From contig CANKYI010000001.1 of NCBI GenBank assembly GCA_947488085.1, positions 1,247,928 through 1,311,927 of the forward strand: a DNA stretch of 64,000 nt, given 5' to 3'. This DNA is from an uncultured Erythrobacter sp. GTDB lineage: Bacteria; Pseudomonadota; Alphaproteobacteria; Sphingomonadales; Sphingomonadaceae. Shown in pieces: positions 9,740 to 19,653 of the stretch (its first letter is position 1; the number at the start of each line of letters is the position of its first letter). The translations under genes and the position numbers were made by a program. The notes below the pieces were generated by a model that did no database searches, was not told where the DNA came from, and saw only the letters and a list, made by a program, of their open reading frames with translations.

Positions 9740-10545
9740 GCAATGATAGTCTCAGCGCGCTTGATGCCGAAATCCGCGACCTGATGCGCTTTGCGGCAGA
9801 ACGCTCCATGCTGCCGCGTTTTCGCGCGCTTGCGGACAATGAGATCGAGATGAAAGGCGAAGATGATCCCGTCACTATCGTCGATCGCGAGGTGGAAACG
9901 TTTCTAACTGAGGCTCTGACCAAACTGGCCCCAGGTGTTGCAGTGGTAGGAGAGGAAGCGGTTGCCGAAGACAAAAGCGTGCTCGACCATCTCGGCGGAC
10001 AATGCTGGATTATTGACCCACTGGATGGCACTGCAAATTTCACTGAAGGCAAAGAGCCCTTCGGTATCATCATCGCGCTGGCTGATGCGGGAAAAGCGGT
10101 CGCTGGCTGGATCTACGACCCGAACAGCGACCGGTTCTGCCATACGAAACTTGGCGAAGGCGCTTTCGTAAATGGCGAGAGGATTGCTGCACGCACAACC
10201 GCGCAAGAACAGCCCGTTGCCGCGATCAGCCGCATTTTCCTAACCGAGGAACAGACCGCGATGGTCGATGCTAAACTCGCCCCGCATTACGCATTGGTAG
10301 ACATTCCGCGCTGTGCAGCCGAGCAATATCCGCGGCTCGCCTTGGGCCAAAACGATGTGTCGAGCTTCAAACGCACACTCGCATGGGATCACGCGGCGGG
10401 CATATTATGGCTTAACGAGGCTGGCGGCAAAGCTGCGCGCCTTGATGGGAGTGAATACCGTGTCGATGAACACGACAAACCGGGTCTAGTTGGCGCATCC
10501 AGCCCAGCCATTTGGGATGAATTTGTGGCGCGGGTGCTCGCCTGA
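9736..10545 (+). CDS. Inositol monophosphatase family protein
   Basis: VGEE, WIIDPLDGTANF and WDHAAG motifs; ATGA overlap with argJ. Confidence 0.92.
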   Translation: MSNDSLSALDAEIRDLMRFAAERSMLPRFRALADNEIEMKGEDDPVTIVDREVETFLTEALTKLAPGVAVVGEEAVAEDKSVLDHLGGQCWIIDPLDGTANFTEGKEPFGIIIALADAGKAVAGWIYDPNSDRFCHTKLGEGAFVNGERIAARTTAQEQPVAAISRIFLTEEQTAMVDAKLAPHYALVDIPRCAAEQYPRLALGQNDVSSFKRTLAWDHAAGILWLNEAGGKAARLDGSEYRVDEHDKPGLVGASSPAIWDEFVARVLA

Positions 10546-10572
10546 TTTTTAAGGCCGACCCGCGCCCAAGTT

Positions 10573-10893
10573 TCAGATTTCGCCTTCGAGCCACTCTTTG
10601 AGTTGGCCTTTAGGAGCTGCGCCAACTTTGCGCGCAACCGGCTCACCATTCTTGAACAGGACCATCAGCGGGATCGACTGCACACCCATATCGGCGGGTA
10701 CACCAGTGTTTTCCATGATGTCCATTTTTGCGATAGTGACGCTGTCGCCCAGCTCTTCGCTGATTTCTTCAAGCGCTGGAGCAATCATTTTACAGGGACC
10801 GCACCAATCCGCCCAGAAATCGACCAACACAGGCTTGTCGCTTTCCAGCACATCGGTTTTAAAGCTGTCATCGGTTACATTTACGGTGGCCAT
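10573..10893 (-). CDS. trxA: Thioredoxin
   Basis: WADWCGPC active site; 106 aa from ATG 10893. Confidence 0.97.
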   Translation of the reverse strand: MATVNVTDDSFKTDVLESDKPVLVDFWADWCGPCKMIAPALEEISEELGDSVTIAKMDIMENTGVPADMGVQSIPLMVLFKNGEPVARKVGAAPKGQLKEWLEGEI

Positions 10894-10943
10894 ATCGGCT
10901 TCTCCTAATTTGTGTTGAGTTTGATCTAGGGCGCGGGTGAACA

Positions 10944-13900
10944 TCACTCAAGTGGCAGCGGTGCATAGCTTTCCTGCGTCTCCCCCAAACGATCCTTGTG
11001 CGCAACCAGCAGATCCGCCGGAATTTCGAAGAGCCGTGGTGCGTGAGTGTAAAGCACTGCCGCCCTGACCGTGCGGCCGGGATAGATGGCCTCGAGCGCA
11101 GCTGTGTAAGCCGCCATTTGACGCAGGGTCGCGCGCGGTATTGCTTCTGCCAATGTGGGTGGGCGGCGCGTCGTCTTGAAATCAACCACCGTTACAGCCT
11201 GATCCGTTACCAGCAATCGATCGGCAGTACCTGCGACCACCACTCCGCCGATGGTTGCGGCGAGCGGTACTTCGGCCAGCGCATCTTCGGTGAATATGTC
11301 CGCAAATTCTAATGTATCGAGAACGGTTAGTGCACTCTCCAGCATCTGTGCACGTGCACTTTCATCGAAATCACTAGCATGCCGCTCCAGCCACGCATTC
11401 GCGGCAGCGCTGCGTTGATCGCGCGGCAATTCGGGCAAGCGTTCAAGCAAGCGATGGATCACAATCCCGCGCCGCGCGGCCTTGTCGATAGCTTCGCTGG
11501 CATCCGCCGCACCCTCCATGGGCGGCGCAGCGCCCTGCTCCTCCCCTGCGCTGCTGGGTGCGAGTGGCTTGGGCGGACGTGGTTCAGGACCAACCGGTGT
11601 GGTCAACCACCCAGGCAATTCTTCAGCGGAGTTTAGATCCGTCTCTCGCGCGTCTTCATCTGGGGTGATTGGATCGGCGCGCAGTCCCCATTCGCGCCGC
11701 GCTCCCCAAATCGGATCTTCTAGTGGAGGGCTGTCAAAAATTGGCTCCAATCGCGCGTACCAGCTATCCTCAGGCACGCCTTTCTTGGCAAACTTTGGCC
11801 CAAGCGAACCGCCAATAAACAACGCTTCCTCTGCCCGTGTCATCGCCACATAAAGCAACCGCCAATGCTCTTGCATCGCTGCGATACTCGCAGTTTCATC
11901 GGCCTTACCAACCGGCCCCACCTTCTCGTCCTTTGCAAGGGAGGGCAGCGGAACCTCGCGCGCATTCACTCCCTCCGCCGCCACAGGATCATCATCAAGT
12001 GCGAGCGCACCGCCGGTGCCGGCGTCACCCGTCGCATCGGCAAGAATAACGATGGGCGCTTGCAACCCTTTTGAGCCATGGACAGTCATAACCCGCACCT
12101 GACCCGTTGCTTCATCCGCATCGCGTTTCAATTCGCCCTGCCCTGCATCGAACCACTCGATAAAACCGGCAAGGCTGGGCGTATGCGCGCTTTGGTAGGC
12201 AAAGGCTGCGTTCACCAGTTCATCAATCGGATCATTCGCCTCGCGCCCCAATCTCGCGACCAAGCCCGCGCGCGCTTGCCACGGACCATTGAGCATCCAT
12301 GCAAGCAGAGCTTGTGGCGTCTCAAAGTCAGCCCTGGCTAAAAGGTCCCGCAATTTGCCGATCGTCTCTGCAACAAATGGCGCATCCGAGCCGCGCAAAT
12401 GCTGCCAAAGCCGCAGTTTCGACGGGCGCGGCACCTGGTCAAGCAACGCCTCTTGGCTCCACCCGATCAAGGGGGATGCGAGCAGGTTCGCAAGGCTAAG
12501 ATCGTCGAGCGGCTGCGCGGCGAACCGCAACGCCGCCATCAAATCCTTTACCGCCAATGGCGCGCCCAGACGCAATCGGTCGACGCCTGCAACTGCAACA
12601 CCCTTGGCATGCAATTTCGCAACAATCTGGGAGGCAAGGTCCTTCCGCTTTCGCACCAACACCATGATGTCGCCCGGTCCCGCATGACGCCGCTCGCCTT
12701 TCTCAAGGACGTAGGGATCATCGCCCGAAACCCAGCGCCGCACTTGCTCCGCGATTTTGTCAGCGAGCAACGTGTCATGGGCTGGCAGCCAATCGCGCTC
12801 CTCATCCTCTTCCTCCATATCAGAGACGCTCGTCACCGGGTTCCACATCGCCACAAGTCCCGCGCGATCATCACCTTCATGCGGAGCGGGCGCTTTGGTG
12901 AGGCCAAACGCTTGATGCCCGATCCCCTCAATCGCGTGATTGACAAAATCGAGGACCGGCAGAGCAGTGCGATAAGAGCGCCCCAGATCAAGATCATTCC
13001 AGGTTGGCAATCGGCGATTATCGCGCAGCTCATGGGCATGGGCACGCGCAGCGTTGATCCGCGCCTCAACCTTATGCTTGGCGCGTTCGAAGTTTTCCGG
13101 GCTGGTGCCTTGAAACCCGAAAATCGCCTGCTTGTAGTCGCCTACGGTGAAGATCGTGCGGATTGCGTCCCCGCGTGCACCCTCCCCGCTAAAGAAGTCA
13201 TCGATCAGCGCGAAAACGATGTCCCACTGCGCTTCGTTGGTGTCTTGCGCCTCATCAATGAGAATATGATCGAAATTGCGATCCAGCTTGTACCGTATCC
13301 ACGAAGCGGCGTCATTGTTACTCAGCAACCGCGCGGCCTTCCGAATTAGATCGTCGAAGTCGAGCAACCGTTCGCGGGCTTTCGCTGCTTCCCAGCGCAA
13401 AGCAAATTTGCGGCCCATTTCCAGTGCCGGCGTGAGGAAGTCTGCGAGAGCGAGCAGCGCTTGGCGCTCAGTAACCATGGCAATCGCCTCGGCAATATCG
13501 CTCTGCCAATCCGGAAGACGCGGCTCTTCTTTCGAAGGCTTTGCCATGACGCGAGGCTCACCATCTTTTTTCAGAACGGTCGCAAAAAACCTGTGAAACT
13601 CCGCCGAACGCTGACCCGTATCAAGGGCTAACCAACGCGTGATAAACTCCGCAGTTGCTGTGCCATTCTTGGTAGCCCACCCCTGCATGAGAGGAAGCAT
13701 AGAGCGCAGCTGATCGTCGGGAAAAACGTCCGGGTGCAGCCCCGCAACCGCCCAATCGGCGTTCGCATCGGCAGGCATGTCGAGCAACCGCAACACTCGC
13801 CCACGCATTGGCGGCGTCCATGCGCTTTTCCCCTCCCACAATTCCGCCGCGCCCGCGCATCGCATCAACCAATTACGCAGTGCATCGGGCTCTTTGACGC

Positions 13901-14456
13901 GCACAAAGTGGCTGACAGCATCAAGCAAAGCGGTATCGCCGTCGTCCTCCGCATCGTTCAACATGCCGGTGAGAACGTCGCGGGCCAGTAACTCGCGCTC
14001 ACGATCCTCCATCGGGCGCGCACCCGGCGTTAGATCCGCTTCCTCGGGGAAATTGGCTAGCAGCCATTGCGAAAAAGCGTGGATCGTATTGATCCGCAAG
14101 CCCCCACCGGGACAATCGATGACACTAGCGAACAGAGTGCGCGCACGGTCCTGTATTTCGGGACCAAAATCCGATCCTAAATGCGACAGTTCTCGCGCCA
14201 GCTTACCAGGCTCCAACCGCACCCACCGCGCCAGCACTGCATTGATGCGGTTCGCCATTTCGGCCGCACCTGCTTTGGTAAAGGTCAGGCACAATACTTG
14301 TGACGGGTCCACGCCGGGGGTCAGCAATAGGCGCAGAACTCGCGCGGACAGAACCTGTGTCTTACCCGTACCGGCAGACGCTGACAGCCACACATTGTCG
14401 CGCGGATTGGCAGCGTCTAATTGGTTGTCTTGAAGAGGGAATACAGCGCCGCTCAT
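10944..14456 (-). CDS. addA: Double-strand break repair helicase/nuclease AddA
   Basis: ASAGTGKT, LTFTKAGAAEM, IDEAQD, TVHGSKGLQ, YVAMTRA and C-terminal nuclease (DRL, VDFKT) motifs. Confidence 0.97.
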   Translation of the reverse strand: MSGAVFPLQDNQLDAANPRDNVWLSASAGTGKTQVLSARVLRLLLTPGVDPSQVLCLTFTKAGAAEMANRINAVLARWVRLEPGKLARELSHLGSDFGPEIQDRARTLFASVIDCPGGGLRINTIHAFSQWLLANFPEEADLTPGARPMEDRERELLARDVLTGMLNDAEDDGDTALLDAVSHFVRVKEPDALRNWLMRCAGAAELWEGKSAWTPPMRGRVLRLLDMPADANADWAVAGLHPDVFPDDQLRSMLPLMQGWATKNGTATAEFITRWLALDTGQRSAEFHRFFATVLKKDGEPRVMAKPSKEEPRLPDWQSDIAEAIAMVTERQALLALADFLTPALEMGRKFALRWEAAKARERLLDFDDLIRKAARLLSNNDAASWIRYKLDRNFDHILIDEAQDTNEAQWDIVFALIDDFFSGEGARGDAIRTIFTVGDYKQAIFGFQGTSPENFERAKHKVEARINAARAHAHELRDNRRLPTWNDLDLGRSYRTALPVLDFVNHAIEGIGHQAFGLTKAPAPHEGDDRAGLVAMWNPVTSVSDMEEEDEERDWLPAHDTLLADKIAEQVRRWVSGDDPYVLEKGERRHAGPGDIMVLVRKRKDLASQIVAKLHAKGVAVAGVDRLRLGAPLAVKDLMAALRFAAQPLDDLSLANLLASPLIGWSQEALLDQVPRPSKLRLWQHLRGSDAPFVAETIGKLRDLLARADFETPQALLAWMLNGPWQARAGLVARLGREANDPIDELVNAAFAYQSAHTPSLAGFIEWFDAGQGELKRDADEATGQVRVMTVHGSKGLQAPIVILADATGDAGTGGALALDDDPVAAEGVNAREVPLPSLAKDEKVGPVGKADETASIAAMQEHWRLLYVAMTRAEEALFIGGSLGPKFAKKGVPEDSWYARLEPIFDSPPLEDPIWGARREWGLRADPITPDEDARETDLNSAEELPGWLTTPVGPEPRPPKPLAPSSAGEEQGAAPPMEGAADASEAIDKAARRGIVIHRLLERLPELPRDQRSAAANAWLERHASDFDESARAQMLESALTVLDTLEFADIFTEDALAEVPLAATIGGVVVAGTADRLLVTDQAVTVVDFKTTRRPPTLAEAIPRATLRQMAAYTAALEAIYPGRTVRAAVLYTHAPRLFEIPADLLVAHKDRLGETQESYAPLPLE

Positions 14457-17400
14457 TCGCCTGACTTCCCGTCAAGTGCGCTGAGATTGATCACCCATTC
14501 TTCCAGCCGCATCAGTTGGTCATAATCGGAGTATCCCGGATAATCCGGGTTTTCCTTGGCCGTGAACGGAGCATCCCCAAGCAGATATTTTCTGATCGCT
14601 GTGGCGAGGTATCTTTCGTGCGCCGGGAGGAATTCTTCAGGCGTCAGACCCTTGGTTTTCCTGCCAGTTTTCAACGGTTCGTCCGTGTATCCGAAATCGC
14701 GATCCTTCTTGCTTCGAGCAAGCGACCAATATTCATAGGCGCTTGTATCACCGGAGATGATCTGGTCATCGGCCACAAATCCGCCATCGCGTGCAATCAG
14801 GCCGAGCAAGCCCATCTGTAATGCATATCCCGCTTCGACTTGCGCTGCGCTGGGTGGGCCGCCCGTTTTGTAGTCTACGATAGCAAGACTGCCGTCAGCC
14901 ATCCGGTCGATCCGGTCCGCGCGGCCTCTGACTTTCACGCCATCGACCGTCATCGATCCTTTGGCTTCGGTTGCGATGACTGCGCGGCCATCATCAGCAG
15001 CGTTATCGACCCATTCCTCAAACCGTTCAAGCGCCGCTAGAATGCGTGGTTGCCACAATCCTTTGAAAAGCGGGTGCACCTGAGCCTCGGCAAACTTCTC
15101 GCGGGCAAACGGAACTATCGCCAGTGTGGGATTAGCCACCCGCGCTTTGTGCCAAGCATCCAGAATATCGTGCACCAAGGTCCCGCGCAAAGCAGGGTCG
15201 CTAAACGGGTCGGCAGCAAGCGGATCGAGCGATCGTAGGTGCAATATCTCGCCAGCGTAGAATTGATACGGATCACCTAAAAGTCGGTCGAGCGCCGTAA
15301 CTTTGATATCAACCAGACGCTGATCAGCATCGGGTCGAGGCATTGGGCGCGGATATTCGGGTGCAGGATCTGGCTCGCGACCCAATGCGGGTAGCATCTT
15401 CACCATGCGCTCTTCGCAATGTTCATCCGCCAAATCGCCCAGCAAGGCTTCCACCCGCAAAAGGAAACGCGAAGGCAATGTCGGTCCGTCAGCATCCCTT
15501 TGCGCCCGGCTCAGGACGACCTCCGGTGCGCCCATCGCTCCGGCCAAATCATGTGCAGCCAGCCCGATTCTAAACTCCGCCCCCGGTACGCCTAATGCAC
15601 GCAGCACGCCGGGTGCCAGCAACGCGTCCGCTCCCGGAGCTTGCGGCCAAGTGCCCTCATTCAAACCGCCGCAGATGACTAGATCCGCCCGGCTCCCACG
15701 CGATTCAAGTAAACCGTAGATCGCAATCCGAGGATGCCCGCTATAGGGAGGACGAACCGCAATTTCATCCATCGCATCACGCAAGGCCGGTCCCAAATCG
15801 GAAGGATCAATGCATGTACGCAGGGCGCGCGCATGAAGCCGCAAGTCCTCAATCATCGACGCCAAAGCCCGGCCATCCTCACGCGACCAAACCGTTTCAC
15901 CAGCCAGTGCTTCAGCTGCATGTGCCAACGCATCAAGGGCATCCGCCAGTGCCATGTTGGGCGCAGTATCAAGAAGCGGCGCGATGACCGTCTCTACCTC
16001 GTCCCACCACTCACCAACACCCGCTTTAGCCGCGATTGCGCGCAAGGGTTGAAGACCGGGCGCAGGGCTGGGTCCGCGCAATTCACGGTCAAATGTCCGC
16101 AAGGATTTCAGCCATTTGCGGCGTACCTCGCCATCTTCGGATCGCACCAGCGGATGCGCAAGTGTGCCAATCAATTCCGCCGGCGCAGCGCCATTGGACA
16201 CTATCCCAGCCAACAAACCCAGCAACCTGCCAGCAGGAGTGAGAGACAAAGCCCTTCCCGCGGAATCGTCCGCATCAATGTTCCAGCGCGCCAAGTGCTG
16301 CGCCACGCGGCGGGCAAGACTGCGGTCCGCAGTTATGACGGCGACACGCTTACCCGGTTGTTCCAATGCCTCGCGCGCGAGCATCGCAATGGCCTGCGCC
16401 TCTTCCTCTGACGTCGCATTCGTCATCAGACGCACACCGGACAAGCGACGTTTATCTTGGCCCAAGGTGATCCACGAGCGACTGGCCTTGGGCGGCAAGA
16501 ACAATGAGCTGATCGCTTGACTGCGCGCCGGGTCAGAGGCGGTGGCACCTTTACGATGCCAGGCCCGTACCTCGGCGCGGGCAATACCCATGCGTCCAAG
16601 CAGCAATTTAAGGTGATATTGCGGGTGCGTAAGCGCGTCTTTCGTTCCGAAAACCTCACCACCCGGCTCTGGCGTCGCGCCAGCCCGGCCCAATTCATCC
16701 CACGCCTCATCAGACAGCGACAAGTCGAGATCAGGCAGCACCACCGCGCCTTGTGGCAATCCGGCAATCACTCGCAGCATCCGCGCCAACGCGGGCGAAG
16801 CGCTGGTCACGCCAGCCGCGACAATCGGGGTTGCGGGCGGATGCTCGCGCCACTTCAACGCGGCGCGAGCAAACAGGAGATTTCGCCGAGTTGCCGCATC
16901 AACCTCTCCGCGCTCATCCAATCGCGCGCTCCAGCGCTCCTCAACCCGCGCAAACAGGCGCAAGGATCGCTTCCAATGCTCCGACAAATCGCCGAGCATA
17001 TCAAGCACGGGTTCGCTCAATAAGTCCTCCGGCGATTTCTCCTCAACCAGCATCCGGTCCATCGTTTGCGTCGTCTCTCGGGCCAGCCGCAACAACGCAG
17101 CTCCCGGCAGAGCCGGATCACCTTGCTCAGTGCGTTCGAGCGCGATCAGCTGCGCCAGTTCCAACCAACGCCGTGTTGGCTCAACCGCTGGAGGAATATC
17201 GCTCGCACCGAGGGGATCAAGCAACGCGCCCAGCGCTTCGTCCAAGTCCAGATCGCCAACCGTCACCATGCGCGGCATTAGGATACCCGCCGCACCGACC
17301 TCGCCAGTGTGGCGTATAAAAGCTTCGGAAATGGTGCGCGCCGCGCGGCTGCTGGGAACCAACAATGTCAGGCGAGCCAGTCCCAAATCACCTGATGAAT

Positions 17401-17488
17401 ACCGTGGCACCAATCCAGCAACCAACGCATCTGCAAAACCGCGATGTGCGGCTATTGAATAGACGTGCGGAGCGCTCTTTTCACCCAC
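14453..17488 (-). CDS. addB: Double-strand break repair protein AddB
   Basis: Adjacent to addA with a 4-nt overlap; PD-(D/E)xK nuclease GRADRID/VDYKTG. Start set to GTG 17488. Confidence 0.95.
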   Translation of the reverse strand: MGEKSAPHVYSIAAHRGFADALVAGLVPRYSSGDLGLARLTLLVPSSRAARTISEAFIRHTGEVGAAGILMPRMVTVGDLDLDEALGALLDPLGASDIPPAVEPTRRWLELAQLIALERTEQGDPALPGAALLRLARETTQTMDRMLVEEKSPEDLLSEPVLDMLGDLSEHWKRSLRLFARVEERWSARLDERGEVDAATRRNLLFARAALKWREHPPATPIVAAGVTSASPALARMLRVIAGLPQGAVVLPDLDLSLSDEAWDELGRAGATPEPGGEVFGTKDALTHPQYHLKLLLGRMGIARAEVRAWHRKGATASDPARSQAISSLFLPPKASRSWITLGQDKRRLSGVRLMTNATSEEEAQAIAMLAREALEQPGKRVAVITADRSLARRVAQHLARWNIDADDSAGRALSLTPAGRLLGLLAGIVSNGAAPAELIGTLAHPLVRSEDGEVRRKWLKSLRTFDRELRGPSPAPGLQPLRAIAAKAGVGEWWDEVETVIAPLLDTAPNMALADALDALAHAAEALAGETVWSREDGRALASMIEDLRLHARALRTCIDPSDLGPALRDAMDEIAVRPPYSGHPRIAIYGLLESRGSRADLVICGGLNEGTWPQAPGADALLAPGVLRALGVPGAEFRIGLAAHDLAGAMGAPEVVLSRAQRDADGPTLPSRFLLRVEALLGDLADEHCEERMVKMLPALGREPDPAPEYPRPMPRPDADQRLVDIKVTALDRLLGDPYQFYAGEILHLRSLDPLAADPFSDPALRGTLVHDILDAWHKARVANPTLAIVPFAREKFAEAQVHPLFKGLWQPRILAALERFEEWVDNAADDGRAVIATEAKGSMTVDGVKVRGRADRIDRMADGSLAIVDYKTGGPPSAAQVEAGYALQMGLLGLIARDGGFVADDQIISGDTSAYEYWSLARSKKDRDFGYTDEPLKTGRKTKGLTPEEFLPAHERYLATAIRKYLLGDAPFTAKENPDYPGYSDYDQLMRLEEWVINLSALDGKSGE

Positions 17489-18206
17489 GCCTAAGCGCGT
17501 CTTCAGTAGGAGCGATCGCTTGCGGTGTGCCAACCTCAAACCATTGACCAGTAAAGGAGACGCCGAAAAGCCGCCCTTCCTCTATCGCCCGGTTCCAAAG
17601 TATGTTGGTCGAAAATTTGCCCTCTGGCGCATCGCGCAACAAGCGCTGCGAAACCAATTGAATGCCGGTGTAAATGAACGGCGCAATCCGGCCCGGAAGT
17701 CGGCGCGATAGCTTACCATGCGCGTCCATATGAAAGTCGCCCTGCCCCGAGAAATTGACAGCGCGCGCATGGCCAACGACCAGCAACAGTGCATCCATCT
17801 CTTCCGGGTTCCAACGGGCCGATAGATCACTGAACGCGTTTTGCGGTCCGTCGAGCCAGATATTGTCAGCGTTGAGACAAAAGAATGGATCGGGCAGATG
17901 CTCGCGCGCTTTGATCATGCCACCGCCTGTTTCTAGCAGTGCATCACGCTCATCCGATACGATAACCTTTGGCGTGGTACGATTGCCAACATGCGCTTCC
18001 AAAGCATCAGCAAGGTAATGCACATTGACGACAGCGCGCGCGACACCAGCATCGCCAAGTCGATCAAGTGCATGGTCAATCAAAGGTTTACTGGCAACCC
18101 GTACCATCGGTTTTGGCATGGTAGCGGTGAGAGGGCGCATGCGTTTGCCTATTCCGGCAGCCATGACCATGGCTGTGTCGCTGACTAAGTCCGCACGGTC
18201 ACTCAT
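17481..18206 (-). CDS. Nucleotidyltransferase family protein (MurU-like MurNAc-1P uridylyltransferase)
   Basis: AAGIGKRMRPLT--PKPM and LETGGG motifs; follows an AmgK-like kinase. Confidence 0.88.
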   Translation of the reverse strand: MSDRADLVSDTAMVMAAGIGKRMRPLTATMPKPMVRVASKPLIDHALDRLGDAGVARAVVNVHYLADALEAHVGNRTTPKVIVSDERDALLETGGGMIKAREHLPDPFFCLNADNIWLDGPQNAFSDLSARWNPEEMDALLLVVGHARAVNFSGQGDFHMDAHGKLSRRLPGRIAPFIYTGIQLVSQRLLRDAPEGKFSTNILWNRAIEEGRLFGVSFTGQWFEVGTPQAIAPTEDALRRG

Positions 18207-19201
18207 GTGATAGCTCCGCCGCCTGATTGCCGCAGCTCATCTGGAATGTTGGCAGCAAACCAATTCGCCACCGGCTCCAGCGCAGGATGTTGCAAGTCAC
18301 GCTCCATCGCAGCCCAAACGCGTGGGATCATGTCGAGATAACGTGGTTTCCCATCGCGCTTATAAAGTCGGGTGAAAATACCGACGATCTTGGCGTTGCG
18401 CTGAGCACCAAGCAGAGCATAATCTGCAAGAAAATCGACGTCTGGCTGTGCGCGTTCAGTGTAACGCTCCAACATCGCGGTTTCCAATTCGAGCGCCACA
18501 TCGCGCCGCGCATCCTGAAGGAGAGAAACGAGATCGTAGGCCGGATGCCCGACCAATGCGTCCTGAAAGTCAATCAAACCTTGCGGTGCATGCGTCGCCG
18601 GATCGCCCAGCAGCATGATGTTTTCAGCATGGTAGTCCCGGAGCACCGTCACTGGACGGGATTGACGCGCGATCAATGTGCCCAACGCTTCACGCCAAGC
18701 TGCTTCATAACCGGGTCCGTCGACTGTTAACCCGAGCGCAGGGCAATACCACTCGGTCAACAGAGCCGCCTCACGCAAATAGGTCGGAATGTCATAGGGG
18801 GCGAACGGACCGGCCTGGCGCTGATGCAGCTCAACCAGCGCATCAATAGCCCCTTCATATGCCTGCGTCTCAGCATCAGGGTGGACATCCAGCCAATCGC
18901 GCATCCGATCATCGCCAAAATCTTCGAGCAACACCCAACCGCCATCAGAACGATTGGCGTATATTTCAGGTGCCCGCATCCCCTGTTCACGCAGCCACTG
19001 ACCGACGCGCAGAAATTCACTCGGGTCTTCCTCTGGCGGTGGAGCATGCATCAGCATAGCGGTTTGCGGTAGGGCTCCACTTGGACGGCGCAGACGGAAG
19101 TAGCGACGAAAAGAGGCGTCGCCGGGGATCGGTTCAATCCCTGCATCGCCCCAACCGGCGCTGGCCACAAATTCGGTCAAACCATCAGGCAATTCATTCA
19201 T
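18203..19201 (-). CDS. Aminoglycoside phosphotransferase family kinase (AmgK-like anomeric MurNAc/GlcNAc kinase)
   Basis: GDASFRRYFR, RDYHAENIM and IDFQDA motifs; tsaE-amgK-murU context; ATGA overlap with tsaE. Confidence 0.88.
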   Translation of the reverse strand: MNELPDGLTEFVASAGWGDAGIEPIPGDASFRRYFRLRRPSGALPQTAMLMHAPPPEEDPSEFLRVGQWLREQGMRAPEIYANRSDGGWVLLEDFGDDRMRDWLDVHPDAETQAYEGAIDALVELHQRQAGPFAPYDIPTYLREAALLTEWYCPALGLTVDGPGYEAAWREALGTLIARQSRPVTVLRDYHAENIMLLGDPATHAPQGLIDFQDALVGHPAYDLVSLLQDARRDVALELETAMLERYTERAQPDVDFLADYALLGAQRNAKIVGIFTRLYKRDGKPRYLDMIPRVWAAMERDLQHPALEPVANWFAANIPDELRQSGGGAIT

Positions 19202-19653
19202 GGCAATCGCCTTTGCCAATCCGCGCTCGGTTGCACAATCGCTATCCGCCCTTGATCCTCAGTTTCCAGAGTAATTCCAAGGCACGCCGCCTCATGCGCA
19301 AAGCCTCCCGCACGATCAGGCCACTCCGCGATCAGCGCAGCGCCTTCGCGGTAATCATCGAGGCCCAGCTCTTGCAACTCCGATGCATCATTCAGGCGAT
19401 AAAAATCCGCATGGACAATCGGCAAACGTAAAGCTGGTGCATCATAGGTTTCGACAATGGTGAAGGTCGGCGATGGGACCTCGCCTTCGAACCCAAGTGA
19501 CGCGATGATTGCGCGAGCCAAAGTTGTCTTTCCAGCGCCCAATCCCCCTTCGAGAGCAATAACATCACCGGGACGCAACCGAGCCGCAATCGCCGCACCA
19601 AAGTCAGCCATAGCTGCTAAGCTGGGAAGACGACGCGGTTCAAGTTTGTTCAC
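19198..19653 (-). CDS. tsaE: tRNA threonylcarbamoyladenosine biosynthesis ATPase TsaE
   Basis: GGLGAGKT, SPTFTIV, HADFYRL and EW motifs. Confidence 0.96.
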   Translation of the reverse strand: MNKLEPRRLPSLAAMADFGAAIAARLRPGDVIALEGGLGAGKTTLARAIIASLGFEGEVPSPTFTIVETYDAPALRLPIVHADFYRLNDASELQELGLDDYREGAALIAEWPDRAGGFAHEAACLGITLETEDQGRIAIVQPSADWQRRLP

